DNA of 64,000 nt from a virus. A program made the position numbers and the translations under genes. A model generated the notes under the pieces. The model did not search any database. It was not told the DNA's origin and saw only the letters and a list, made by a program, of their open reading frames with translations. The stretch spans positions 13,781 through 77,780 of IMG/VR virus record IMGVR_UViG_3300044899_000017. The stretch is one strand, 5' to 3'. Position 1 is the first letter of the stretch, and the number at the start of each line of letters is the position of its first letter. Shown piece after piece: positions 9,181-18,841 of the stretch.

Positions 9181-10677
9181 GTGGCTGCACCCGCCGAGAT
9201 TGAAGAGGACGACCGTCCGCTGACCGCCGAGGACATCCTCCGGTTCGGCCCGGTGGTCGAGGCGCAGGTGTGGACGGCGACGTTCCTCGAAGAGAAGCGG
9301 GCGCCCATCGCGCAGGCCGCGGGCCGGCCGAAGTTCGGCCCGGTCTTCAACTCCGACGGCATGGGGAAGGCCGTCCTGATCCGGCCGTGCGTGTCGCGAG
9401 GGAAGCGCATCCGCGGGCTGCCGCCGATCTACTCGCCGGCGATGCTCGAAGCGAACGCGAAGGTCTTCGAGGGCTGGCCGATGTACCTCGACCACGTGCC
9501 GGCCGAGCTGGCGGCGACGGCGGCGAAGCGCGGCCGCTCCGTGAAGGAACTCGGCGGGCAGGTCGTGACGCCGGGCTGGGACGGGACGTTCGTGCAGGAG
9601 TACGACGGCGACTTCGGCTATCAGCAGGGCGGCGTTCTCGCGGAGATATGGGCGACGAAGTTCCTGCGCGAGCTGGTCGGCGAAAACCCGCGGCTGCTGC
9701 ACACGAGCATCGCCGCGTGGCCGACCTCGGGCAAGCCGGCGAAGGTGCCGTGGAACTCGAAGGTGAAGGGCATGAACATCGAGGGCATCCGCCGGCAGCC
9801 GCAGGGCAGCGTGGACTTCGTGCCGCGTGGCGGCGCGGGTGGCCGTCTGCTGCTCGAAGGGGAGCAGGACCCGGACACTTCAGCGTGGCCGGAGCCGACG
9901 TGGGAGGAGGCCGACAAGCGACTCGTGGTATCGCTTGCAGAATCGTTCTACGCTTCCGGCGAAATGGCAGGCACGACCGAAAACACCGACACGACTCCCG
10001 ACTTCTCGTCGATGACGCCGCAGGCGTTTCAGACGTGGGTCAGGGAGAACGCCGGCCACCTTGCACCGGCGCTCGTCGAGCAGGCAGCGCCCGCTCCGGC
10101 TCCCGCTCCCGCACCGGCCGCAGGGCCGTCGCTGACGGAGGCGGACTACCGCCGCATCGCAGCCGAAGAGGCCGCGAAGGCGACGAAGCCCGAGGACGTG
10201 CAGCGTCTCGCCGAAGAGCTGATCGAGGAGCGCGAGGGGCAGCGCGAGCTGTCGCGTGTCGCGCACGAGATGATCGCCGAGGCCGAGGGCATCCCGAAGT
10301 CGTGGAAGGCGGACCTGAAGGCGCGGTACTCCGTGCTGCCGTCCGGTCCGCAGCCGGCACTGCTCGTCGAGTCCGCCACGGGCGACGACGGCGCGGAGCT
10401 GTCCGAAGAGGACGTGCTTCGAGCGAACGTGCAGGCTGACCTCGACCACGCTCGCGACCTGATCGCCGAGGCGAAGGGCAAGCCGCGGGTGACGGGCGAG
10501 GGCGCAGGCTCGCGCAAGTCTTCCGGTGACGAGCGGACTCCCCGCGAGGGCGGGACCGCCGGCGCCGTGCAGGAGGGCGAAGTGCCCTACTGGCGGCAGG
10601 AGTTCGCAGACCTCGGCGTGGTCGAGTCTGCCGACGACGCGCTGTCCATCCACGGAGTCGAGAAGGTGGAGGCGTAA
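9181..10677 (+). CDS. Capsid maturation protease with C-terminal scaffold region
   Basis: YS..ML..FEGWPMYLDH, RSVKELGG, TSIAAW, SVDFVPRGGAGGRLL; acidic helical C-terminus; upstream of capsid genes. Confidence 0.85.
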   Translation: MAAPAEIEEDDRPLTAEDILRFGPVVEAQVWTATFLEEKRAPIAQAAGRPKFGPVFNSDGMGKAVLIRPCVSRGKRIRGLPPIYSPAMLEANAKVFEGWPMYLDHVPAELAATAAKRGRSVKELGGQVVTPGWDGTFVQEYDGDFGYQQGGVLAEIWATKFLRELVGENPRLLHTSIAAWPTSGKPAKVPWNSKVKGMNIEGIRRQPQGSVDFVPRGGAGGRLLLEGEQDPDTSAWPEPTWEEADKRLVVSLAESFYASGEMAGTTENTDTTPDFSSMTPQAFQTWVRENAGHLAPALVEQAAPAPAPAPAPAAGPSLTEADYRRIAAEEAAKATKPEDVQRLAEELIEEREGQRELSRVAHEMIAEAEGIPKSWKADLKARYSVLPSGPQPALLVESATGDDGAELSEEDVLRANVQADLDHARDLIAEAKGKPRVTGEGAGSRKSSGDERTPREGGTAGAVQEGEVPYWRQEFADLGVVESADDALSIHGVEKVEA

Positions 10678-11093
10678 TGCCGTACGAAGAGGGCGGCACT
10701 CGGAAGTCCGTCATCGCGACGAAGGCGACCGCGCACGGCCGTCCGGTCGTCGAGCGCAAGCGCTTCGCCGGCATCGCCGCGAAGTCCGCGGCAGCGGCAC
10801 CCGCCGCGGTGTCCGTCGCGAACGCGACCGCCGCGCAGCAGATCGCCATCGGCGAGGAGTTCGTGATCATGCTGGCCGGACTCCACGAGGTCGCGACTTC
10901 GATCCTTCCCGCGGGCGCCGTCGAGGGCGACCGCCTGTACGTGCAGCTCGACGACAACTCGCTCGCCGACGCTGCCGAGGCGCTGACCGCCGGCATCCTC
11001 GAACCGGAGTACTCCCCGCTGGGCATCCTCGACGAAGTGGATGCCACGCTCGGGCGTGCGAAGGTGAACCTCAACCTGAAGGGCCTCTGCTGA
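10677..11093 (+). CDS. Capsid cement/decoration protein (DUF2190-like)
   Basis: 138 aa between protease and capsid; FAGIAA..., GDRLYV, LG..A.VNL pattern. Confidence 0.7.
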   Translation: MPYEEGGTRKSVIATKATAHGRPVVERKRFAGIAAKSAAAAPAAVSVANATAAQQIAIGEEFVIMLAGLHEVATSILPAGAVEGDRLYVQLDDNSLADAAEALTAGILEPEYSPLGILDEVDATLGRAKVNLNLKGLC

Positions 11094-12241
11094 TGGCTGC
11101 CGGAGCTGGCACTCGCGCACGTGGCCGTGGCCGCTCCCGGTGGGGGCACTACGGGAAGCACATCGAACTCTTCGAGCTGTTCGAGTCGTGGGCCGACGAC
11201 CCGGCGGCGCAGACCGCGCTCGCCGAGGAAGAGGGCTTCGACATCGAGGAGGGCACCGGCGCACCCGAGGGCCGCGCCGACTTCCCGCTCTTCCTTCTCT
11301 CCGTCACGCGGCACAAGATGCGCGAGGGCTTCCGCCGGCGCGCGGCGCAGTGGGACCGGTACGTCGGCGTCGAGCGCGCCGAGGACTTCCGGCAGCACAC
11401 GGTGTCGCAGCTCAACGGCCTCTCGGGCATGGGGCCGGTGCCGGAGTTCGACGAGTACCCGATGATCCGCAGCTCCGAGGAGATGGGTCCGCCCTTCTCC
11501 GTGGGCAAGCACGGCGGGCTGTACGGCGTCACGTTCGAGATGATCGTGAACGACGAGACGAACAAGATTCTGAACCGGACGCCGACCGAACTCGGCCGGA
11601 TGTCCGCGGCGTACGTCTCGCAGGTCGTGGTCGGCCTGATCGAGACGAATGCAAACTGGATCGACGGCCTTCCCTTCTTCACCGCGACCGCGCGTCAGGG
11701 CCTCCCGACGGGGAACGAGTTCACCGGATCGGCTGCGGAGCCGACGGAGGACAACCTGATCAGCATCGTCGCGTCGTTGCAGAACACGGTGGACTCCGAG
11801 GGGATGCCCATCGACATCGAGCCGGGCGTGATCATCACGAAGGACGAGCGCACCCGCTACATCTTCCGCCGCATCCTGCGGTCGCAGCAGACGGGCACGG
11901 TCACGAACGACTCGGCCGGCGACGTGTTCGACAAGGGCACGTACAACGCGGCGCAGGACACGGGGCTGACTCCCGACGACATCATCGTGGAGCAGTACAT
12001 GCGCGACCCGAACGACTGGATTCTGCTCGCGAACACGGGCCGTCCGGCGTTCATCATCGCGTTCCTGCGCGATATGCGCGAGCCGTTCATCGGGATCGAG
12101 GAAGGCTCCGTGCGCTCGTTCGGCGGCGGCGTCCGCGACCCGTACCGCACGCGGATCGACGAGATTCGCATGAAGATCAGGCACGTCTTCGGCGTGGCAC
12201 TCGGCGACCCGCGCTCGGCGCGGCGCGCCCGGAGGGCCTAA
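11093..12241 (+). CDS. Major capsid protein (Mu gpT-like, HK97 fold)
   Basis: ATG overlaps prior TGA; DFP, DFR, VPEFDEYP, HGGLYGVTFEMIVND, DWILLA, KIRHVFG..D.R motifs. Confidence 0.88.
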   Translation: MAAGAGTRARGRGRSRWGHYGKHIELFELFESWADDPAAQTALAEEEGFDIEEGTGAPEGRADFPLFLLSVTRHKMREGFRRRAAQWDRYVGVERAEDFRQHTVSQLNGLSGMGPVPEFDEYPMIRSSEEMGPPFSVGKHGGLYGVTFEMIVNDETNKILNRTPTELGRMSAAYVSQVVVGLIETNANWIDGLPFFTATARQGLPTGNEFTGSAAEPTEDNLISIVASLQNTVDSEGMPIDIEPGVIITKDERTRYIFRRILRSQQTGTVTNDSAGDVFDKGTYNAAQDTGLTPDDIIVEQYMRDPNDWILLANTGRPAFIIAFLRDMREPFIGIEEGSVRSFGGGVRDPYRTRIDEIRMKIRHVFGVALGDPRSARRARRA

Positions 12242-12244
12242 CGC

Positions 12245-13162
12245 ATGGCGCTCGAAGGTGTGCGGGTCGGCCCGCTCGACCCTGACCGCGGCGAGATGTT
12301 CGGGCAGGTCGGCGGGCAGATGTCCGCTCGGCAGCTCGTCCGGCATCACATGGCGCTGAACCCGCCGGCGCTCGTCGCCGCGCTTTCAGGCAAGCCGCAC
12401 CCGGAGCGCTCCGAAGCGCTCGACCGGGAGGAAGTCTCTGCCGCCGTGATCGAGTACTACGCGGACACGGCCTCGCCGCTGCCCGACGGAGCGGTGATCA
12501 CCGGGGCGAACGTCCGCGGCGTGGACGACACGCCGGACCGCCAGTTCGTCACGGTCACGTGGCACGTGCCGACGGACGCCGGCGGCTCGGGTCGCTCGGG
12601 CAAGGCGTTCATCCCGTACAACTCCGACACGGTGCCGAACTCGAAGTCGCTCGGCGACGAAGCCGTCCGGATCGAGAAGCTGAAGAAGGCCGGCCTGCCG
12701 TGGCATCCTTCGCAGCTCGCGCACGCACTCGCCGGGACCTCCGTCGTGGGCGCGCAGGACCCGGACGAAGCGCTCGTGGAGGAGCGCGACGGGCTGGCAG
12801 CCGAGGCCGAGACGCTGCGGAAGCAGCTCGCCGACTCCGAGGCCGCGCGAGTGGCCGCAGAGACGCAGGCCGAGGAAGCAGCGGCCGCGCTCGCGGCAGC
12901 GCAGACGCCGGCGGCGCCGGCGGACGACTCTTCAGGCGCGGCCGAGGCCGGCGCCACCGACGATGCCAGCTCCGACGCGGAGCCTTCGGAGCCGTGGGAC
13001 GGCTACGACTCGCAGAACGCGGACAAGATCAGGAAGCGTCTGCGCGAGAAGAAGGACGTGCCCGAGGCCGAAGCGGTCGTGGCGTACGAGTCGAAGCACG
13101 CCAACCGCGGCACTGTCGTCGCGGCCGCGAACGAAGTCCTCGACCGCACGCCGTCGCAGTAA
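12245..13162 (+). CDS. Head-associated protein with coiled coil and C-terminal HeH-like domain
   Basis: Follows capsid; EPWDGYD..KIR.RL..YE.KH.NR.TVV C-terminal motif. Confidence 0.65.
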   Translation: MALEGVRVGPLDPDRGEMFGQVGGQMSARQLVRHHMALNPPALVAALSGKPHPERSEALDREEVSAAVIEYYADTASPLPDGAVITGANVRGVDDTPDRQFVTVTWHVPTDAGGSGRSGKAFIPYNSDTVPNSKSLGDEAVRIEKLKKAGLPWHPSQLAHALAGTSVVGAQDPDEALVEERDGLAAEAETLRKQLADSEAARVAAETQAEEAAAALAAAQTPAAPADDSSGAAEAGATDDASSDAEPSEPWDGYDSQNADKIRKRLREKKDVPEAEAVVAYESKHANRGTVVAAANEVLDRTPSQ

Positions 13163-13185
13163 GGGCCGCGGGCTAGGGTGGCGGC

Positions 13186-13773
13186 GTGGACACGCCGACT
13201 CCTGATCAGCTCCGCGCCGACTCGGACCTGATCGCGGCGAAGTTCCCCGATGGGGGCGACGACGCGAAGCTAGAGGCGCGAGCTGCGACCGCCGCGGCGT
13301 TCGTCGCGAGCCTGACCTTCCGGCTGATCGAGCCGGTGGACACTTCGACCGTCGAGGACGAAGTGTTCGAGGAGGTCCCGGCGGGCCTCGTGCCGGTCGC
13401 GATCCACGCCGTCGCGGTGATGGTCGAGCGGATGGTCGTCACGGGCGCGCCCGACTTCGCGGAGCAGGCGGCGACGGGCCGCAGGCTGCGGGGCTTCTCG
13501 GCGGGGCCGTACTCGGAGCAATACTTCGCGCCGGGCGAGTTCGCGCGGCGAGGGGCGCAGCAGGGGCGCCCGCCGATGGACCCGGACGAAGCGCTCGACG
13601 CGGCGCTGTGGGCGCTCGCGACGGAGGCAGCTCGCGAGTCGTTCTTCGCGTGGGCGACGGGCGTGCAGCCGCCGGCGGGTGCGGTGACGACGTTCGACGG
13701 GCGGCGCTCGGGTGGCGGCTACTTCGGCCACGGCGTGCGTCGCGGGTTCATCGGTGGGCCTGACGGCTTCTAG
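13186..13773 (+). CDS. Putative head-to-tail adaptor
   Basis: Position; FSAGPYSEQY motif typical of adaptors. Confidence 0.6.
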   Translation: MDTPTPDQLRADSDLIAAKFPDGGDDAKLEARAATAAAFVASLTFRLIEPVDTSTVEDEVFEEVPAGLVPVAIHAVAVMVERMVVTGAPDFAEQAATGRRLRGFSAGPYSEQYFAPGEFARRGAQQGRPPMDPDEALDAALWALATEAARESFFAWATGVQPPAGAVTTFDGRRSGGGYFGHGVRRGFIGGPDGF

Positions 13774-13782
13774 GCTCGGCGC

Positions 13783-14208
13783 ATGGGACAGCTTCGGCAT
13801 ATCCTCGTCCACACGGCGACGCCGGTCCGCTTCGAGGAGGCCGACGCCGGCGCGGCGACGTGGGTAGAGGGCGAGCGCGGCGAGACGGGGCCGGAGCCGG
13901 TGCTGCGAGACGCGTTCCCGGCCGTCCTCTTCCTGCCCGGCGGGTCCGAGGAGTCCGACCACCCGCGGACGAAGAAGATCACGAGGCCGACGCTGCTGTA
14001 CGAGCCGGTGAACGCCGACACGGGGCAGCCGGTGCCCGAGCTGACGGCCGAGGACGAGCTGATGGTCGAGGCGCCCGAGCTGGCGCAGTGGACGGGCGAG
14101 GTCGAGGCGCGGTGGCAGGTCGAGGGCACGCCGCAGCCGTTCGGGCCTCCGGGGCGCGTGATCGGCGTGCAGGCGACGCTGAAGCAGGTCCGCGAAGGGA
14201 AGAAGTGA
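13783..14208 (+). CDS. Putative head closure/stopper protein
   Basis: Position; beta-rich, WQVEGTPQP motif. Confidence 0.6.
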   Translation: MGQLRHILVHTATPVRFEEADAGAATWVEGERGETGPEPVLRDAFPAVLFLPGGSEESDHPRTKKITRPTLLYEPVNADTGQPVPELTAEDELMVEAPELAQWTGEVEARWQVEGTPQPFGPPGRVIGVQATLKQVREGKK

Positions 14209-14327
14209 TGCCCGAGCCGTTCGAGACGGAATCGCTCGAAGACGGCGGCTCGACCGCGGCCGTGGCGCTGCTGCTGCTCGCGCTCGTGCTGATCGGCGTC
14301 GCGGTGGTCGTGGCGGTGCTGGGCTGA
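14208..14327 (+). CDS. Small single-pass membrane protein (39 aa)
   Basis: TGATG coupling on both sides; hydrophobic C-terminus. Confidence 0.55.
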   Translation: MPEPFETESLEDGGSTAAVALLLLALVLIGVAVVVAVLG

Positions 14328-14869
14328 TGGGCTACCACGGCGGCGAGCTGACGGACCTCGTGGCGCCGCTCGAACGCGGCGTCGAGCGGTTCGCGAAGAA
14401 CGCCGTGCCCGACGTGGGCCGCGAGCTGCGCCGACGCGTCCGCCGGCATACCCCCGTGTCGAAGACGACGCCGGCGCAAGTGCTGTCGTTCGGCCTGCGC
14501 GGCGCGGAGCTGATGCGTAAGGGCCGACCTCATGGGGCGCTGCGGGACTCGTGGCAGGTCGGCGAGACGACGGTCCTGTACGCGGGCAGCGTCTTCCGCG
14601 TGCCGGTCTTCACGCTCGATCCGGTGGCGCCAAACGTCGAGTGGGACACGCAGCCGCACCTGATCGTGCCGCGCAAGCCGGGTGGGCTGCTGACGGTTCC
14701 GACGCCGGACGGCCTCGTCTTCGCGCGGCTCGTGAATCATCCGGGCACGAGGGGCGCGCATATGATGGCGACCGCGCTTCAGGAACTCGCGGCCGAGTGG
14801 CAGCGGATCGTCGCGCGGCAGTGGCGGAACGAGGCGCGCGGCCGGCGCTTCTGGCGGGTGGGCGAGTGA
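14327..14869 (+). CDS. HK97 gp10-like tail completion protein
   Basis: TPV..G.LRDSW, APNVEW.T.PH.I, VNHPGT.G.HMM motifs. Confidence 0.8.
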   Translation: MGYHGGELTDLVAPLERGVERFAKNAVPDVGRELRRRVRRHTPVSKTTPAQVLSFGLRGAELMRKGRPHGALRDSWQVGETTVLYAGSVFRVPVFTLDPVAPNVEWDTQPHLIVPRKPGGLLTVPTPDGLVFARLVNHPGTRGAHMMATALQELAAEWQRIVARQWRNEARGRRFWRVGE

Positions 14870-15465
14870 ACTACGCGCTCGACGACCGGCATCGGAGCCT
14901 GCGCCGCTTCGTGATGAACGCGCTCGGCTCGCCGCCGTGGACGGTCCGCACGGAGCGGCAGCCGGTCGCCGACGAGGAGCGGCCGGTGGCCGTCGTCGAG
15001 GTCAGTACGGCGGTCGTGACGCTGCGGGCGCGCACGTCGATCCCGCAGGGCAACGTCGAGCGGCAGCAGACGTTCACGATCACGCTGTACCCGGTGATGG
15101 AGGAGACGGCAGCGGAGTCGCGGCTCGCGGCCGAGGCGGCGTCGCAGCAGCTCGATCAGGCGCTCGTGGTCGGCCTCTCGAACGACGACGAGACGGTGCT
15201 GTCGTATCCGGAGATGCTGCCCGTGTACGACTTCGCCGGCGTGGCGGTGAAGGGCGCGGACCGCGCCGGCCCGATGGACCCGTACGGGTGGATGCGCGCT
15301 GACGACTACCCCGTGCGGACGATTCAGGACCCGGACGACCCGCTGCGGTGGACGGTGGCGTGCGACCTGCGGGCCTCGTGGGAGCAGGCGGGGCGCGAGC
15401 GTCCTCCTGCGCCGACCGTCGGCTCGATGCCGGCGCACGACTGGACGGCGCCCGGCGGACCGTAG
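14866..15465 (+). CDS. Putative tail terminator
   Basis: GTGA overlap; position between gp10-like gene and sheath. Confidence 0.55.
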   Translation: MNYALDDRHRSLRRFVMNALGSPPWTVRTERQPVADEERPVAVVEVSTAVVTLRARTSIPQGNVERQQTFTITLYPVMEETAAESRLAAEAASQQLDQALVVGLSNDDETVLSYPEMLPVYDFAGVAVKGADRAGPMDPYGWMRADDYPVRTIQDPDDPLRWTVACDLRASWEQAGRERPPAPTVGSMPAHDWTAPGGP

Positions 15466-15492
15466 GTATCGCGTGCATTTCGGTCGTACGAT
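15465..15492 (+). promoter_or_regulatory. Putative late-class promoter
   Basis: GGTATC-N16-TACGAT. Confidence 0.65.
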
Positions 15493-15501
15493 GCGCCGCA
15501 G

Positions 15502-15771
15502 ATGGCCGAGACGACTGCAACCGCGAAGCCGGATCGAGCTGCCGAGAAGGCAGCCGCACGCGGCACGCAGTCGAATCCCGCCGCGGAACCCGACGAGGTT
15601 CGCTACTCCCGCGAGGAGCTGATCGAGCAGGCGGGGAACCTGCTCGGCGTCTCGTCTCACGCCGTGGTCGGCGGGCTGTACGGCGAGTCGGCGCAGACGT
15701 TCACGCTCGACCGCGCGACGAAGCTCGTGAACGCTTTCCTGAAGCGCCCGGCTGAAGGGGAAGAGTCCTGA
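15502..15771 (+). CDS. Small pre-sheath protein (YqzN/YkzM-like)
   Basis: YSREEL..A..LLGV....V.GGL...T...A..LV.AFL.R pattern; position before sheath as in PBSX-like tails. Confidence 0.55.
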   Translation: MAETTATAKPDRAAEKAAARGTQSNPAAEPDEVRYSREELIEQAGNLLGVSSHAVVGGLYGESAQTFTLDRATKLVNAFLKRPAEGEES

Positions 15772-17234
15772 TGGCGATGGTGCTGAAGCCGATCATCCCG
15801 CAGACGAAGATTCGTTTCGTCGGCGAGACGAGCGTGCAGGTCGCGCCGAGCCTCGGGCAGATCGTCGGGCTGCTGCTGAAGCACAATTGGGGGCCGCTCG
15901 CAACGGAGCTGGCGAAGCCCGAGATTCTTCCCGACTTCGCCGCGTGGACCCGCCGGTATGGCGACTCCGACACGGAGGGCCGCACGGCAGTCGCCGGCGC
16001 GTTCGCCGGGCACGGCGTCGCGGCAGGCTCGGGCGCCGGCGGCGTGATCCCGATCCGTCTCGGCACGAACGCAGCGCGCGCCACGAAGACTCTTGCGAAC
16101 ACGGCGGCAGTGAACGCCGTTCGCATCGACGCGAAGTGGACCGGCACCCGCGGGAACGATTACGACTACGTGATCGACGCGAACCCGGCCGACGCGTCGC
16201 AGGACCGCTTCCGGCTCCGCTACAAGGGCGCCGTGGTCGAGACGGTCGCGTATCCGCGCGCCGACCTCGCCGCGCTCGTGGCGTCGATCAATGCGCGCGA
16301 CGCGGGGAACATCACGGCGACGCTGCTCGTGGACGGCACGGGCCTCGCGCTGACCGCCGGCACGTCGCTCCTCGGCGGACTCGACGGTGACGCGCTGACC
16401 GGCGCCGACTACCTCGCCGGCCTCGACGTGTTGGAGTTCCAGCCGTTCACGATCCTCGCCGCGGCGAACCTGACGGACGGCGCCATTCAGGCGTCGATCC
16501 TCGCGTGGGTCCGCCAGCAGGAGGACGCGAACCGCCCGGTCGAGTTCGCAGTCGGGGGCCTCGCCGGCGAAACGCTCGCGACGGCCATCGCGCGTTCGAC
16601 CGCGCTCGCCGATCCGCACGTGGTGAACCTCGGCGTGGGCACGTACCGCGACGACCTGCTCGCGAAAGACCTCTCGACGGCGCAGCTCGCGCCGCGCATC
16701 GCCGGCATCCTCGCGAACCGCGGCGAGGAGCGCGCACTGACCGGTGCCGAGATTGGCGGGCTGCACGCAATCGGCCTGACCGGCGCTTCGTCCGCTGACG
16801 CCGAGTCGGCGATTCAGCGGGGCGTGACGGTGCTGATCCGCACGGACTCCGACGTGGCCGATCTTCGTGTCGCGATGGGCCTGACGACCTTCACTTCCGA
16901 GGCCGACCCGGCGCGGCCGCGGCGCATCTTCTCCGAGCCGCGCTTCATCCGGATCATGGACCTCTTCATCCGCCGCATGAAGCAGTGGGGCGACCGGACC
17001 GTGATCGGGAACGTGCCCGTGAACGAGGACACTCGCGACGCCGTGCGCGCCGAGGGTTCCCGCCTGATCGACGACCTGCTCCGGCGCGGCCTGATTCTCA
17101 CGAAGGCCGACGGCGCCGAGGAAGACCCCTTCATCCGCACGCCGGTCACGACCGACGACACGCTCCCGTTCGAGTTCGGGTGGCAGTTCGCGTACACGGC
17201 GAACTTCCTGCTCGGCGAGGGGAGGGTTCGCTAA
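15771..17234 (+). CDS. Contractile tail sheath protein (XkdK-like)
   Basis: NWGP, AKWTGTRGN, LLGGLDG, RIAGILA..ALT, RFIRIMD..W....IG motifs; 487 aa. Confidence 0.92.
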   Translation: MAMVLKPIIPQTKIRFVGETSVQVAPSLGQIVGLLLKHNWGPLATELAKPEILPDFAAWTRRYGDSDTEGRTAVAGAFAGHGVAAGSGAGGVIPIRLGTNAARATKTLANTAAVNAVRIDAKWTGTRGNDYDYVIDANPADASQDRFRLRYKGAVVETVAYPRADLAALVASINARDAGNITATLLVDGTGLALTAGTSLLGGLDGDALTGADYLAGLDVLEFQPFTILAAANLTDGAIQASILAWVRQQEDANRPVEFAVGGLAGETLATAIARSTALADPHVVNLGVGTYRDDLLAKDLSTAQLAPRIAGILANRGEERALTGAEIGGLHAIGLTGASSADAESAIQRGVTVLIRTDSDVADLRVAMGLTTFTSEADPARPRRIFSEPRFIRIMDLFIRRMKQWGDRTVIGNVPVNEDTRDAVRAEGSRLIDDLLRRGLILTKADGAEEDPFIRTPVTTDDTLPFEFGWQFAYTANFLLGEGRVR

Positions 17235-17740
17235 TGGCGACCGTCGGCCCGACCGCAAACCTGCCGGGACGCGCACGCCGCTCGGGCCGCGCGGGCACCG
17301 TGTGGGAGAACGCGCGCCATCTCGGCGAAGTGATCGCTGTCGAGTGGAACGTGAACGTGCAGCAGATCGCAGTCGTGATCGCCGGCGCGTGGAGGAACGA
17401 GCAGAAGCCCGGCGTCGAGGAGCGAGCTGGCACGTTCCGCGTGCAGGACGTTCACGACAAGTGGGCGCTCCGCGTGTGGCGCTTCGTGCGCGCCCGCCGC
17501 GACGGCGACCGCTCGGCCGCTTCGTTCCCGGAGTTCTCCGTCGTCACGAAGATCGACGACATCGGGGCGCCCGATCAGACGCGTTGGCAGCTCGACGGCT
17601 GCACGCTCTTCGAGTACTCCGGCGGGCACTCGCAGGAGGACGACCTCCTCATCCGCGAGATTCCCTTCAGCTTCCGCGACGACAAGCCGCTGCACGCGTT
17701 CGAGTACACGGACGACGGCATCGCGGTCACGGAGGCGTGA
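17234..17740 (+). CDS. Tail tube protein (XkdM-like)
   Basis: TAATG coupling to sheath; SG..G.VW, KIDD, EIPFSF motifs. Confidence 0.85.
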   Translation: MATVGPTANLPGRARRSGRAGTVWENARHLGEVIAVEWNVNVQQIAVVIAGAWRNEQKPGVEERAGTFRVQDVHDKWALRVWRFVRARRDGDRSAASFPEFSVVTKIDDIGAPDQTRWQLDGCTLFEYSGGHSQEDDLLIREIPFSFRDDKPLHAFEYTDDGIAVTEA

Positions 17741-17859
17741 TGCCTTCGCTCGGGTACAGCTCGCCGCAGCCGCAGGACACGCGCTCGCGCGCAGGCCGGC
17801 CTCGCCGCGACCGGCGTGCGAACCGCGCGGCTCGCGCAGCGCGCCGGCGCAACCGCTGA
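17740..17859 (+). CDS. Arg-rich 39-aa peptide
   Basis: TGATG coupling; MPSLGYSSPQPQDTRSRAGRPRRDRRANRAARAARRRNR. Confidence 0.4.
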   Translation: MPSLGYSSPQPQDTRSRAGRPRRDRRANRAARAARRRNR

Positions 17860-17868
17860 GGCGGCATC

Positions 17869-18270
17869 GTGGTCGCCGACTACGAGGCCGCGTGGGTCGC
17901 GCTTCAGCGACTCGTGGCGTCAAAGACTCAGCACGGCCGCGAGCCGCTGCTGACCGCGATGGCCGACCTTCTGGCCGAGCATCGCGTTCCCGCCGGGGAG
18001 CTGTCGCGGCTTCTCCGGCTGCATGGCGTCGAGGTCGAGCGTGCGCGCTCGATGTCGGCCGAACTCGACCGGGACGAGCTGTCCCCTTCCGCCGTGGACG
18101 ACGTTCACGACGGGACCGCAGCTCCCCGGCCTTCATTGATCGGAGGCGATCACGATGGGCGGAATGACAGCAGCAGACGAGAAGGCGAAGGACGGCGCGG
18201 TGGGGCAGGACGACCGCGATCCGGGGCCGGCAGCGCAGGTGGCCGCAGCGGAGCCGCGGTCGGCGCCTGA
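17869..18270 (+). CDS. Hypothetical protein
   Basis: Helical N-terminal half looks real; 3' end overlaps the chaperone gene by ~115 bp. Confidence 0.5.
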   Translation: MVADYEAAWVALQRLVASKTQHGREPLLTAMADLLAEHRVPAGELSRLLRLHGVEVERARSMSAELDRDELSPSAVDDVHDGTAAPRPSLIGGDHDGRNDSSRREGEGRRGGAGRPRSGAGSAGGRSGAAVGA

Positions 18271-18841
18271 CGCCGGCGAGGAGCGCGGCGACCTCGCGGT
18301 GGAGGCGTACGCGCGCGACCACGAGGGCCTGTCGGACGAGGACGAGCGGGACGCGCTCGACTTCCTGCTCGCGCCGAAGCCGCCGCGCATCTACGGCGTG
18401 AAGGTGAAGTACGACACGGAGGCCGGCATCCGCCCGCTGACGTTCGTCGTGCGGGCCTCGGACGGTCGCAAGATCGACGGCATCGAGCAGGCGAACGTCT
18501 CCGAGGCGACGGGCAAGATCGACCGCATCACGGCCGACTGTCAGATCGTCGCGCTGGCGTGCGTGGCGCTCGAATCGGCGAGCGGCCGGGCGGTCGAGCT
18601 GACCTCCGCGGAGTTCCTGACGGTGCGCGTCCCGAAGCGGGACGACTCCTCGGGCGAGCCGACGGGGGAGATGGTCGAGACGCGGCTCGCGTCGCCGGCG
18701 GACGCGCTCGAAGCACGCTTCAAGACGCAACTCGGCATCGTGTCGGGCGTCGCTCGCGAGGTCCGACGCATCTCGGGTTACGACCCGGAGCGGGTGGGCG
18801 TGGCGCAGCGCCGGCTCGTGGACGCGGCGGGAAACTCCTAA
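18155..18841 (+). CDS. Tail assembly chaperone
   Basis: GGAGG RBS; position between tube and tape measure; ends in slippery G GGA AAC. Confidence 0.8.
   Translation: MGGMTAADEKAKDGAVGQDDRDPGPAAQVAAAEPRSAPDAGEERGDLAVEAYARDHEGLSDEDERDALDFLLAPKPPRIYGVKVKYDTEAGIRPLTFVVRASDGRKIDGIEQANVSEATGKIDRITADCQIVALACVALESASGRAVELTSAEFLTVRVPKRDDSSGEPTGEMVETRLASPADALEARFKTQLGIVSGVAREVRRISGYDPERVGVAQRRLVDAAGNS

Noticed and set aside
14208-14220. GCCCGAGCCG as a further small-RNA target, and GCTCGGGTA near 26950 as a seed copy
   Set aside because: Short matches explained by coding (MPEP, PLGY) with no second arm or promoter context.
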